From an uncultured Gammaproteobacteria bacterium (lineage in GTDB: Bacteria; Patescibacteriota; Microgenomatia; UBA8517): 64,000 nt of DNA. The notes under the pieces are model-generated. The model made no database searches. It saw only the letters and a list, made by a program, of their open reading frames with translations, and was not told the origin of the DNA. The first letter of the stretch is position 1. The number at the start of each line of letters is the position of its first letter. The stretch lies in contig CAZDKH010000004.1 in NCBI GenBank assembly GCA_964506225.1, positions 3,262 to 67,261 on the forward strand, written 5' to 3'. The position numbers were made by a program, and so were the translations under genes. This document shows, in pieces, positions 19,052 to 28,321 of this stretch.

Positions 19052-19675
19052 CTACTTTCTGGGTCTGAGATTCTCCTTTTTTTCAAGACTAACTTTTGTT
19101 TCGTTTGCAACCTGCCATTTTTGCAATAAAGAGCGTGCCTCATCAGATATCTGAATGTCTTGCCTATCTAACATTCTTTTCATACTATGACGGATAATAT
19201 CCAGTGGGGAAACCAGATGTTGACCTATTCCAACTTGGTAAACTCTTTCTGAACTCAAATTTTGCCAATCACCTGCTATTTCTTCATCATCTAAACTAAT
19301 TTGATTAGATGACCAAATATAGTCCCCACCCGAGAAACCATTTGCTCTGTAAAATCTTTGGAGTCTTTGGGATCTTTCAGTTGTATCTTTGTGATTATCA
19401 AACGGGTCTGGAGTTACTCTTATGTGTTTATATCTACCTTTTAAACCTTTAATGATTGCCCGCCCAACGCCTTGATTTTCAAATTTAGGATTTGTAACCA
19501 AGCGACTTAATACACCACCAGAGCCTGATTCTTTGAAGTAAGCGATACCCATTATCTCTCTAGCGGAATTTTTGAAAGTGTATATTTTTTGTTGGGGAGT
19601 GGGGTAGTCTTGAATATCCTTCAATATACTCCTGACCCAGTCTACATCAATCTCTGTAGGATTAAGATTTCTCAT
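19052..19675 (-). CDS. GNAT-like acetyltransferase-domain protein; the N-terminal region is probably decayed (see findings)
   Basis: Acetyl-CoA motif-A-like NQGVGRAIIKGL. The frame stays open about 60 codons upstream of the first ATG. Confidence 0.45.
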   Translation of the reverse strand: MRNLNPTEIDVDWVRSILKDIQDYPTPQQKIYTFKNSAREIMGIAYFKESGSGGVLSRLVTNPKFENQGVGRAIIKGLKGRYKHIRVTPDPFDNHKDTTERSQRLQRFYRANGFSGGDYIWSSNQISLDDEEIAGDWQNLSSERVYQVGIGQHLVSPLDIIRHSMKRMLDRQDIQISDEARSLLQKWQVANETKVSLEKKENLRPRK

Positions 19676-20147
19676 AAATTCTTCTACATCCTCCTTTGTA
19701 CCTTGGGAGAACTCTCCTTGAGGCGAAGGCTTTTTGGGTTTCTCTGCGATTGTTTTGTTTCTTATTAGCCAGACAGGCCTTTCTTCCTCGTCTTGCTTAA
19801 TCTTTACTTCAATTTTATCATCCGCTCCATATATACGATAGGGAACTCGGGGTTGTCCAAATTTAGTTCAGCCTTTTTGAATAAAAGAGGAGCGGGGTGC
19901 TCTTTGGCCAGTAGGTGTTCGGATTCCTGCCTTAGTTTTCTTTCTTCCTCATAAGCATTGTATCATTGATTCCCCTGATCTTTTGGCTTCTGTTGCAAGT
20001 TAGCTTCAGAAGTTGGTTTTTCTTTTACTTTTTTAGGTTGGCCTTCTCCTGATTCCACAAAAATATTATAATCTATAGCAGATTCCAAGCATTAAGTTAT
20101 TTTATTGAAGTAACCTTAACTTTTTTATCTAACTTAAGTTTTATCAG

Positions 20148-20218
20148 CAGGCCCGGAGGGAATCGAACCCCCAACAAAGGTTTTGGAGACCTCTATTATG
20201 CCATTTAACTACGGGCCT
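20148..20218 (-). tRNA. trnW: tRNA-Trp (anticodon CCA), no encoded CCA
   Basis: Manual fold: acceptor AGGCCCG/CGGGCCT, anticodon arm GAGGT-CTCCAAA-ACCTT, T-loop GGTTCGATTCC. Close to E. coli tRNA-Trp and in the classic position next to rpmG/secE. Confidence 0.8.
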
Positions 20219-20256
20219 AGGACAGCTCATTATAGCAAATTTAAAGGAGAAGGGGA

Positions 20257-20430
20257 TTACTTTAGGCTTGTTGTTTCTTTGTGCAGAGTAACTTTTTTGC
20301 AGTGTTTGCAATACTTTTTAATAGTTAATTTTCCCTCCATATTAACTTTATTGCGGGTTGTAACATAGTTTCTGTTTTTACACTCTGGACAAACAAGTCC
20401 AACTATTTCCCGGGCTCCCTTTTTTGCCAT
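20257..20430 (-). CDS. rpmG: 50S ribosomal protein L33 (57 aa; below the ORF-track length cutoff)
   Basis: Minus-strand translation [57 protein letters not shown] has the L33 zinc-ribbon CxxC...CxxC. Confidence 0.85.
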   Translation of the reverse strand: MAKKGAREIVGLVCPECKNRNYVTTRNKVNMEGKLTIKKYCKHCKKVTLHKETTSLK

Positions 20431-20473
20431 AAACGCTATTCTATACGACTACCTAGTGTAAATTCAATTTTTG

Positions 20474-20546
20474 AGCCCAAGAGCGGGATTGAACCGCTGA
20501 CCTTGCCCTTACCAAGGGCACGCTCTGCCAACTGAGCTACTTGGGC
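20474..20546 (-). tRNA. trnT: tRNA-Thr (anticodon GGT)
   Basis: Manual fold: GCCCAAG acceptor, anticodon loop TTGGTAA, GGTTCAATCC T-arm. Confidence 0.8.
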
Positions 20547-20620
20547 AGTGTTCAAATTATAGCAAAAATGTTAAAATAAACATAACCTGTCGTAGGGTTA
20601 GGAAGAAGTACTTAAAATTT

Positions 20621-20705
20621 GCTGCGGTGGCAGAGTGGACAATTGCACGGGTCTGTAGAACCCGCGGCCGAAAGGCCTACGGAGGTTCGAATCCTTCCCG
20701 CAGCA
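20621..20705 (+). tRNA. trnY: tRNA-Tyr (anticodon GTA), type II long variable arm
   Basis: Acceptor GCTGCGG/CCGCAGC, anticodon arm CGGGT-CTGTAGA-ACCCG, long variable arm, GGTTCGAATCC. Confidence 0.85.
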
Positions 20706-20757
20706 CTCGCTTGTGCTCGTGCTTTGGTCAGATTCAGTCACCTCGTAATCTAAAACT

Positions 20758-21708
20758 GTGTGTAGCGAATCCTTTCCGCTAAACTTGACTAAGTTACTGA
20801 AACTTCTTTTATTGGCTTTGTGCTTTTTCCTTCTTATCTTTTTAACAGTTATCTTTATTAATAAAAATCAATTGCGTATTGATAATCTTTTGCCGACACG
20901 TCTTCTGACTAAAGATGACGATAATAAGGTAACTATTCTTCTTATAGGTGATGTGATGCTTGGGAGAACTGTTATGACACATTCATTAGATAAGGTAGGG
21001 GATCCTAGATACCCATTTTTTAAAGTTGCCGAAACTCTCCGCAAGGCAGATCTTGTTTTTATCAATTTAGAAAATCCTGTTATTCAAAATTGTCCAAGAC
21101 ACTCTGAAGGCTTTAAATTTTGTGCTGATCCCAAAATGGTCGAGGGATTAACCTACGCGGGAGTTGATGTTGTTAATCTGGCAAACAATCACTCACGCAA
21201 CTACGGCCAAGATGGCCTAAATCAGACAGTGGACTATTTAAACAAAGCCGGTATGCAAGTTACCGGCCTTAACGCTTTAGCAATCCGGCAGTTTAATAAT
21301 GTTAAATTCGGCTTTCTGGGCTTTGATTTTGTCACAAACCAAGCAAAAAATTCGGATTATGAGCTTGTCAAATCATCCGATTCAAAAGTTGATGTACTAA
21401 TAGTCGGAGTCCATTGGGGGAGCGAGTATCAGCCAAAAGCCAATCCAAGTCAAAAGTCTTGGGCGCGCAAACTAGTTGAAAACGGAGCCGATGTGGTTAT
21501 CGGCCACCATCCCCATTGGGTTCAAGAGTTAGAATACCCAATCTATTATTCCTTAGGTAACTTTGTTTTTGATCAGATGTGGAGTGAAGAAACCAGAAAA
21601 GGACTGGCAGTAAGACTCACTTTTGAGGGGAAAAAATTAATCAAAGAAGACTTACTGCCTTGTTATATGTCTTCTTGGGCGCAACCGGAGTTTATTGAGA
21701 GAAACTGA
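20758..21708 (+). CDS. CapA/PgsA-family metallophosphoesterase (poly-gamma-glutamate capsule synthesis-like)
   Basis: N-terminal TM; LIGDVMLGR, VNLANNHSRNYG and GHHPHW motifs. Confidence 0.7.
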   Translation: MCSESFPLNLTKLLKLLLLALCFFLLIFLTVIFINKNQLRIDNLLPTRLLTKDDDNKVTILLIGDVMLGRTVMTHSLDKVGDPRYPFFKVAETLRKADLVFINLENPVIQNCPRHSEGFKFCADPKMVEGLTYAGVDVVNLANNHSRNYGQDGLNQTVDYLNKAGMQVTGLNALAIRQFNNVKFGFLGFDFVTNQAKNSDYELVKSSDSKVDVLIVGVHWGSEYQPKANPSQKSWARKLVENGADVVIGHHPHWVQELEYPIYYSLGNFVFDQMWSEETRKGLAVRLTFEGKKLIKEDLLPCYMSSWAQPEFIERN

Positions 21709-21732
21709 AATATTATAGTATGATGAATTAAG

Positions 21733-22329
21733 GTGAAGTCGGATTTTCGCTACTTTATGACCAGAAAAAGGATTATATCAATACTGGGGATCATGATTAT
21801 CTTTTTTACAATACCCATTACAGTGCGCCTTGTGCAGCAAAAACAAGTGGTGCAGCAGGCTCAAGTTGGCAGGGCGGTCTTGGAAATTGTGCCTACCAGA
21901 CAAACGCTTACGAAAGGGGAAAGGGGTACTTTTGAAGTTTTATTGAACCCGAACAGAGAGAGGGTGCGTCTAATAAGAATTCTTCTTAGTTATGACCCTC
22001 AATTTCTCGAGATTGAAAAAGTGAGTATTGGAGATGTGTTTGAAAAAATGCTTGATATTTCAGAGATGGCACTTATCAATACAAGGAATTTTTCGACCCC
22101 CGGCACTATTAATTATGAAATTAGTTTTTCCCACGGCAGTAGCAAATACCTTAGCGAAGTTGCAAGTGTTGCCAAGGTGTATTTTACGGCTCTTAAGTCT
22201 GGCTTTTCCAATGTTACCTTTCTTACCTCAAATCAACCACCAACCAGTGCACTTATCAATGAATCAGGAGATGATGTTTTAAATCGCGGTTTTGGCGCAA
22301 CTATCAAAATAAACCCCGCGCCTCTGTAA
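21733..22329 (+). CDS. hypothetical membrane-anchored protein (198 aa)
   Basis: N-terminal TM helix ILGIMIIFFTIPI. Confidence 0.4.
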   Translation: MKSDFRYFMTRKRIISILGIMIIFFTIPITVRLVQQKQVVQQAQVGRAVLEIVPTRQTLTKGERGTFEVLLNPNRERVRLIRILLSYDPQFLEIEKVSIGDVFEKMLDISEMALINTRNFSTPGTINYEISFSHGSSKYLSEVASVAKVYFTALKSGFSNVTFLTSNQPPTSALINESGDDVLNRGFGATIKINPAPL

Positions 22330-22376
22330 GAAATTTCAAAGCAAAAGCCGGGCTTCTTTTTACTAATTCTATGGAC

Positions 22377-22451
22377 TGGAGCCGACTTAGGGATTCGAAC
22401 CCTAGACCTGCTGTTTACAAAACAGCTGCTCTACCGCTGAGCTAAGTCGGC
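22377..22451 (-). tRNA. trnT: tRNA-Thr (anticodon TGT) with encoded CCA
   Basis: Manual fold: GCCGACT acceptor, D-arm GCTCAGCGGTAGAGC, anticodon loop TTTGTAA, GGTTCGAATCC, 3' CCA. Confidence 0.8.
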
Positions 22452-22454
22452 GAC

Positions 22455-22632
22455 TTAAATTATAACCCCGCTCTCGGGCGCTAGGAGAGCATTTCCCTGG
22501 GAAAGTTCAGGTGGTTGGGCTCAGCTCGTTCGCCACGGCGAACGGCAATTTGCCCATCCATAGGGAAATGTGGTCAGGGAAAATTCCTCCCCTAGACGTT
22601 CCCTAAAGCAGGGTCATCTATATTTTATCAGA
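22455..22632. other. GC-rich structured intergenic element; possible small ncRNA or processed leader/trailer
   Basis: Several perfect hairpins read directly (GCTCTC..GAGAGC, TTTCCC..GGGAAA, GTTCGCC-ACG-GCGAAC) in a segment much more GC-rich than its flanks. It lies between the M50 protease gene and tRNA-Thr. Confidence 0.3.
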
Positions 22633-23280
22633 TTAGACAAGACTTTGCCCGGGTAGAAGAATGGACAAAATTGTATTGATAACCGGATTTATAAGATAGT
22701 AAACTGCTGGTCTGCCATTGATAAGGGGTAATATCAAAAACATAAGAAGTATAAGGCCTGACTGTCTTAAAAAAAGATCTACCTTTTCGGCATCCTCATC
22801 GGGTAAAAGACCTACAAGGATCTTGCCTCCGTCCAGTGGATGAATGGGTATTAAATTGAATATTGCCAACATAACATTAAGGGTAATGACCGGTAGTAGA
22901 AATGGCACTAAAAAATAGACGGGGGAAAAAGGGGAGGTAATAATCCTTACTAAAACTGCCAAAATACTGGCAACAATAAGATTTGAGGCAGGGCCGGCAA
23001 GTGAAATCAGGGCGCTGTCTCTTTTGGGATTTTTCAGGTTATAAAGGTCAAAAACCACCGGTTTTCCCCAACCAAAGCGCACAAGAAGAAGCATCAGGGT
23101 TCCAATAGGGTCAAGGTGGGCGAGAGGATTTAAGGTAAGTCTTCCTTGAAGCCTGGGGGTAGGATCCCCAAGCTTATCTGCAACAAAAGCATGCGCAAAT
23201 TCGTGAACAGTAATGGCCACCAGCAAAGCTATCGCCCAGGCGATAAAAAGAAAAGGATTTGAAAATAAAAAATCAAGCAT
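22633..23280 (-). CDS. M50-family site-2-protease-like membrane metalloprotease (215 aa)
   Basis: HEFAHAFVADKLGD (HExxH) inside a TM helix; polytopic. Confidence 0.7.
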   Translation of the reverse strand: MLDFLFSNPFLFIAWAIALLVAITVHEFAHAFVADKLGDPTPRLQGRLTLNPLAHLDPIGTLMLLLVRFGWGKPVVFDLYNLKNPKRDSALISLAGPASNLIVASILAVLVRIITSPFSPVYFLVPFLLPVITLNVMLAIFNLIPIHPLDGGKILVGLLPDEDAEKVDLFLRQSGLILLMFLILPLINGRPAVYYLINPVINTILSILLPGQSLV

Positions 23281-23356
23281 TTGAGATATAAAGCCTTAGA
23301 TATTATAATACATTTATTGCAATTTTTATTTGCATTATAAATTTTAAATTATTTTC

Positions 23357-23617
23357 ATGGCTATTTGCGAAAATTGTGGAAAAAGAAATGTTATCGGTCG
23401 AAGCCAAAAGCACCGGAGGGGGGTCGCGGGAAAGCGTTGGAAAAAGAAAGCTCAAGCCACTCCCCGCACTTTTAAGGCTAATATCCAAAATGCAACTGTA
23501 ATTTTAGCCGGTAAACTAAAAGTAATGAAACTTTGTACAAAATGTATTAAAAGATTTAAAAAAGAAGGCAAAATTAAATCTTTTCGCAAAACTCAAAGTG
23601 TGGGTAGCCCTGTCTAA
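23357..23617 (+). CDS. rpmB: 50S ribosomal protein L28
   Basis: CENCGKRNVIGRSQKHRRG...RWKKKAQ is an L28 N-terminal signature. Confidence 0.75.
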   Translation: MAICENCGKRNVIGRSQKHRRGVAGKRWKKKAQATPRTFKANIQNATVILAGKLKVMKLCTKCIKRFKKEGKIKSFRKTQSVGSPV

Positions 23618-24497
23618 ACTGCTTCCATATTACGGGTTTTTTTCCTTCCAGCTGAACATCATCTAGTGCAAGTTTGTCTTTTTCAATATGAGCTTTGAGT
23701 ATCTTTAGTCTTTTATACTTTTTAATCTTGGATTTAGGATTCTCAACTATCCAAGTATAGACTCCGGGCCAGGGAGATAAAGCTCGTATATATCTTTCCA
23801 GAATTTCTGGAACCAAGGGGACTGATGAATCCTTTATAAAAGGGATAGAAAAGTTTTGAGAGGGAAGATTTCCTTCAAGGGCGCCTTTTATAACTTGGGG
23901 TTTGATATAGCCGTCCTCTTTTTTGATAATTTTACAGTAAGTTGCTTTTGCATGATTTTGTTGAGTAAGTGAGAGCTTTCCCTCGCAGTAATTGGTTAAA
24001 ATAAATGGCAAGGTTTCAGCGGCCACCTTAAATAGCCTTTTGTATAAGGATTCTTGGGTGTCGCCGCGCTTTATTTTTTCTTCTATTTGAGCAAGTATGG
24101 GGCCGTGGTCGAACTCTTCATCCATCTTGATAAAAGTAACTCCGGTTATTTTATCTCCGGTTGCAATAGCTGCCTGAACCGGAGAGGGTCCGCGCCAGCG
24201 AGGAAGTAGGGATGGATGGATGTTGATAATTCCAAGCTTGTTGAAGTTAACAAGTTTCTCAGGAATATAAAGCCCAAAATAAGCAGACACCATAATATCG
24301 GGCTTTTTGGAGATAATCCAGCTAATCTCTTTTGGTCCCAACTTGGTGGTTTTAAGAACAAAAAAATTCGACTTTGTTGCAAGCGTATCTGCCACGCTCG
24401 GAGGAGAGACCAAAGCAAGAAGTTCAAACTTTTTTTGCAAGGTTTCAAGTATCGGTAGTGCTCTCTCACTTGAACTAAAAAAAACCACCTTTATCAT
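23574..24497 (-). CDS. fmt: methionyl-tRNA formyltransferase
   Basis: HPSLLPRWRGPSPVQAAI motif; downstream of def. Confidence 0.9.
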   Translation of the reverse strand: MIKVVFFSSSERALPILETLQKKFELLALVSPPSVADTLATKSNFFVLKTTKLGPKEISWIISKKPDIMVSAYFGLYIPEKLVNFNKLGIINIHPSLLPRWRGPSPVQAAIATGDKITGVTFIKMDEEFDHGPILAQIEEKIKRGDTQESLYKRLFKVAAETLPFILTNYCEGKLSLTQQNHAKATYCKIIKKEDGYIKPQVIKGALEGNLPSQNFSIPFIKDSSVPLVPEILERYIRALSPWPGVYTWIVENPKSKIKKYKRLKILKAHIEKDKLALDDVQLEGKKPVIWKQFRQGYPHFEFCEKI

Positions 24498-25034
24498 TTA
24501 TTTCAATTCCACTTCTTCCCAGCCTTCTTTTGAAGCTTTATATAAAGGCTTTCTCTGCTTTAGAACATGATCCGTAAAAAGAATTCCGTTAAGGTGGTCA
24601 GTTTCATGCTGAACTATCCTTGCCATAAAACCCGAAAAGCTCTCAACTATTAACTTGCCTTTTTCATTGAGGTAGCGAATTTTGATTTTTTTTGCTCTTT
24701 CAATTGGACTATAATAGTGGGGAATTGATAGGCAGCCTTCAAGCTCTCTGTGATCTTTGTTTTCTGAAGTTTCAAAGTTTACCTTTTCTTTGGAGATGTT
24801 TAGAATTTCTGGATTTATGACAACGCGTCTTTGATTATCAAAACTAACGACAAAAATTGCCAAATTTTTGCCTATTTGAGGTGCGGCAAGAGCAACTCCT
24901 TCAGGATCTTTTTGAGCCTCAAGAGTCTCATGCATGTCCTTGACAAGTCGCAAAATCCTTTTATCAATTTTTTGAACCCTTTTTGCTTTTTTGCGCAGGA
25001 TAGGGTCTTTTACCCCGACTATTTTTCTAACCAT
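24498..25034 (-). CDS. def: peptide deformylase
   Basis: GVALAAPQIG, EGCLSIP and QHETDHLNG motifs. Confidence 0.95.
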   Translation of the reverse strand: MVRKIVGVKDPILRKKAKRVQKIDKRILRLVKDMHETLEAQKDPEGVALAAPQIGKNLAIFVVSFDNQRRVVINPEILNISKEKVNFETSENKDHRELEGCLSIPHYYSPIERAKKIKIRYLNEKGKLIVESFSGFMARIVQHETDHLNGILFTDHVLKQRKPLYKASKEGWEEVELK

Positions 25035-25103
25035 ATAATTTTACCCATCAATTATACCAAAATCACCCCAAAACGCATTTTTCAAAAAAATTGGGAGATT
25101 TTG

Positions 25104-27056
25104 TTAATCTGGGAAGGTTGTTTGGTCGATAAGAAGCATTCTTGCCTTTATTGCCTTTTCATAATCTGGCTTTAATGATATAGCTTTCTCGAATGCCTGA
25201 AGGGCTTTTTCTTTCTTATTTGCACGAATTAGGGAGATTCCAAGAAAGTAGAATGTTTTTGGGTCAGTGGGGGCAAGAAGTGTGATTTCCTCTAGGGTGG
25301 CAATAGACATTTCTGAGTACTTTTCATCAACGTTTGCAAGGTCCACGAGAATGTTGGCTCTGGAGCGCATAAGATTTAGATTTTTAGGCGAGAGCAACCT
25401 TACCTTTTCAAGTTCATTAAAAGAAAGGTCGCCGGCTTCAGCTTGAGCATAGACATTGGCAAGTTCGTCATGATAGACAGGCTCGTTGGGCATTAAAAAA
25501 ATAGCTTTCTTTATGTTGGAAAAAGCTTGAGCAGTGTTCCCCTCGTCGATTTCACTTTTAGCTTTTGCATAATAAATATCGGCCAGCCAATACTTACAAA
25601 TTATAAGTAGTATGTAGAATGTAGTAAGTAGCAAGGGAATTACAAGAACCCGGCCAAATAAAAATTTTTTGTATTTTGGAGCTTTTACTAGAAAGCTTGA
25701 GGAGACAGAGAAAGCCGGTAAAAGAAAAAATAAAATGGAGGTTGTAACAACTGAAAAACCAAAAAAATTGGTAATAAGTAAGCTGGCATAGCCAGCAATT
25801 AGTGCACAGTTCATGGTGTATGGTTTATAACTATCTAATTTTGAATTTTGAATTTTGAATTTTGAAAATTGTGCTGCGGAAAACAGAATCACTGTTAAAT
25901 AACTTCCGAGCCCTAGAATTCCCGTGTTGGCAAGATAATTCAGATATTCATTATGTGCTTTGTTGTAGATAAAGTCCCATTCAGAAGTAAGATTGTGTTC
26001 GACAGGCCTGAATTGGTAATAGGAAAAAGCAAAAGTTTCAACACCAGTTCCCCAAAAAGGGTAATGTTTCCAGATGTCTATCGCACCTTTCCACACTATC
26101 TTACGAATTTCCCCTGATTCGGTTCCGCCCTCAAAGGTAGTATTTTGTATATTGGATATAGTATTTGGGACTTTTTTACTTATTATTTGGTTAAGATTTG
26201 GGGTCCAGGGGGTGCCAATAATAAGAGTGGTGAGTAAAAAGGAAACAGTGATAAGGGAAAAAATTTTTAAAACCTTTTTTTTGTAAAAAAACAATGCTGG
26301 AAGCCAAAAAATTAAGTAAGCTCCTGCAAAACCCAGAAGTCCCGAGCGTGATTTGGTATACAAAAGCGCAAGAAACATGATCGCCGAAGCAAAAAACCAG
26401 AAAATTGTGTTTTTCTTTGAAACTTTGAAAATTTGAAACTTTGAAACGAGTTGCGTCCACGCCAAGGGCGTAAGCGCAACGATAAAGGCAGCCAGCCAGT
26501 TTGGTTGTCCAAAGGTTGCAAAAACCCTTTCCTGCACTTTTTGAACCCAGCAGTCTGTGTTAAAGTTGCCTCGAATCAACAAACAACTTGGGCTTTTTCC
26601 AAAGTGCTCAAGAATTCCCCAGAGGGAGGCGATGAATCCGCTAGCAAGAAGCGAATAGAGAACTTTTTTGGTCTCTTTTGCATCCATGTTAGCAACAAAT
26701 GCCCAGTAAAGAAGAAGATAGGAGATTGTTGAAAGAAGCCCTCCGTTAAACCTGCCGTAATAACCAAAGATAGAGGTTCTTGTATCCATTGAAAAAATTG
26801 TTGAAAGGATTTGCGAAAAAAGAAAAAGCAGTAAAGGAATGTCTAACATTGTGCGACGAAAAATAATTTTTCCTTCTTGAATCATTCTCAAAATCCAAAG
26901 AGATATTATGATTGTGGTAATAAAATAGATAAGAACCATCTTATTAAACTCAAAAATTTCAGAAGTGTAAGGAAGAAAAATCAAAGGAGTGGCAAAGAAT
27001 ATAAATGAGAAGAAAAAAGAGATTAGCTTTGTAGGAAGAGCTTTCTTGGTTATCAT
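25104..27056 (-). CDS. O-antigen-ligase-like (Wzy_C) polytopic membrane protein with C-terminal TPR repeats
   Basis: About 12 TM helices followed by TPR-like repeats (AQAFSNIKKAIFLMPN.., ALQAFEKAISLKPDYEKA). It also contains short SKFKIQNSK/SKFQIFKVSKK repeats. Confidence 0.65.
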   Translation of the reverse strand: MITKKALPTKLISFFFSFIFFATPLIFLPYTSEIFEFNKMVLIYFITTIIISLWILRMIQEGKIIFRRTMLDIPLLLFLFSQILSTIFSMDTRTSIFGYYGRFNGGLLSTISYLLLYWAFVANMDAKETKKVLYSLLASGFIASLWGILEHFGKSPSCLLIRGNFNTDCWVQKVQERVFATFGQPNWLAAFIVALTPLAWTQLVSKFQIFKVSKKNTIFWFFASAIMFLALLYTKSRSGLLGFAGAYLIFWLPALFFYKKKVLKIFSLITVSFLLTTLIIGTPWTPNLNQIISKKVPNTISNIQNTTFEGGTESGEIRKIVWKGAIDIWKHYPFWGTGVETFAFSYYQFRPVEHNLTSEWDFIYNKAHNEYLNYLANTGILGLGSYLTVILFSAAQFSKFKIQNSKLDSYKPYTMNCALIAGYASLLITNFFGFSVVTTSILFFLLPAFSVSSSFLVKAPKYKKFLFGRVLVIPLLLTTFYILLIICKYWLADIYYAKAKSEIDEGNTAQAFSNIKKAIFLMPNEPVYHDELANVYAQAEAGDLSFNELEKVRLLSPKNLNLMRSRANILVDLANVDEKYSEMSIATLEEITLLAPTDPKTFYFLGISLIRANKKEKALQAFEKAISLKPDYEKAIKARMLLIDQTTFPD

Positions 27057-27092
27057 AATTTCCCCACTAGTATAATCTTTTTAAATTCTTCT

Positions 27093-28253
27093 TTGCATCT
27101 TACACTTTTCAAGTTATACTCTGGGCGAGAACTAAATATGGACGTTAAAGGCATCTTAACTAGAGTTTCAAAGATTCCCAAAATCATAAGGGTATCCTCA
27201 CCCTTGGATAAAATTTTTAGTCTTATTTCTCACGATATTGGTATAGATTTGGGAACAGCCAATACCTTGGTTTATGTTTTGGGCAAAGGAATTGTAATAA
27301 GAGAACCCTCGGCCGTTGCCCGGCACAAAAAGACCAAAGAGATTTTGGCGATTGGTTTGGGAGCAAAGAAAATGGTCGGTCGAACTCCTCAAACTATTGA
27401 GGCAGTCAGACCCCTTAAAGATGGCGTAATTGCGGATTTTGACGCAGCTGCCGCAATGCTTTCTCACTATATTAAAAAAGTCCACGATTCTGGAACTATC
27501 GTTCCCAAAGTTCCAAGACCCAAAATAGTCATTGGTATTCCTTCGGGAGTTACGGAGGTGGAACGGCGTGCCGTGGCCGACGCTTCTCTTTCTGCTGGCG
27601 CTCGTGAGGCGCACCTTATTGAAGAGTCAATTGCGGGGGCGTTGGGAGCTGGACTGCCCATCAAAGAGCCGCGTGGAACTTTTATAGTCGATATTGGAGG
27701 TGGAACAACTGAAATTGCCCTTATTTCACTAGGAGGAATTGTTATCGGCAATTCTATAAGAACCGCGGGGGATGAGATGGATGAGGCAATTGTTAATTAC
27801 GTGCGTTTGAAATATTCACTTCTTTTGGGTAAACCAACGGCAGAGGAAGTCAAAATAGCAATAGGTTCCGCCTACGCAGGTAAGAATAGTAAGCAAAAAT
27901 TTGCAGTGGTAAGAGGCAGAGATTTAGAAACTGGCTTGCCAAAATCTGTGAGACTTTCCGAAGAAGAAATCAGGGAGGCTTTGGCGCCTGTAGTTCAAGA
28001 AATAGTGGCTGCGATTCGTGATACCTTAGAGGAGGCTCCGCCCGAGCTTGTGAGCGACGTTATGGATAAAGGTATAGTGATGGCCGGAGGAGGGTCACTT
28101 TTGGCAGGGATAGACAAAGCCATAACAGAGGTTACAAAAATGCCGGTTCATATTGCGAATGACCCCATGAGTTGTGTTGTCAGGGGATGCGGCAAGGTCT
28201 TGGAAAACCCCAGCCTCCTGGAAGAAATAAAAGTGACAAGTGGTATTAAGTAG
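27093..28253 (+). CDS. mreB: rod-shape-determining actin homologue MreB with an N-terminal extension of about 30-45 aa; true start uncertain
   Basis: IGIDLGTANTLVYV, DIGGGTTEIA and actin-fold motifs. Confidence 0.9.
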   Translation: MHLTLFKLYSGRELNMDVKGILTRVSKIPKIIRVSSPLDKIFSLISHDIGIDLGTANTLVYVLGKGIVIREPSAVARHKKTKEILAIGLGAKKMVGRTPQTIEAVRPLKDGVIADFDAAAAMLSHYIKKVHDSGTIVPKVPRPKIVIGIPSGVTEVERRAVADASLSAGAREAHLIEESIAGALGAGLPIKEPRGTFIVDIGGGTTEIALISLGGIVIGNSIRTAGDEMDEAIVNYVRLKYSLLLGKPTAEEVKIAIGSAYAGKNSKQKFAVVRGRDLETGLPKSVRLSEEEIREALAPVVQEIVAAIRDTLEEAPPELVSDVMDKGIVMAGGGSLLAGIDKAITEVTKMPVHIANDPMSCVVRGCGKVLENPSLLEEIKVTSGIK

Positions 28254-28321
28254 ATAGGCCTTATAAGGGCTTTTTACTTCTTCTTGAAAAATTTCTCAAA
28301 ATAGGTGAAACTGCCTATGAA

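Noticed and set aside
22455-22632. RNase P RNA or SRP RNA identity for the GC-rich element
   Set aside because: It is too short for RNase P, and the conserved P4 or SRP domain IV sequences are not present.
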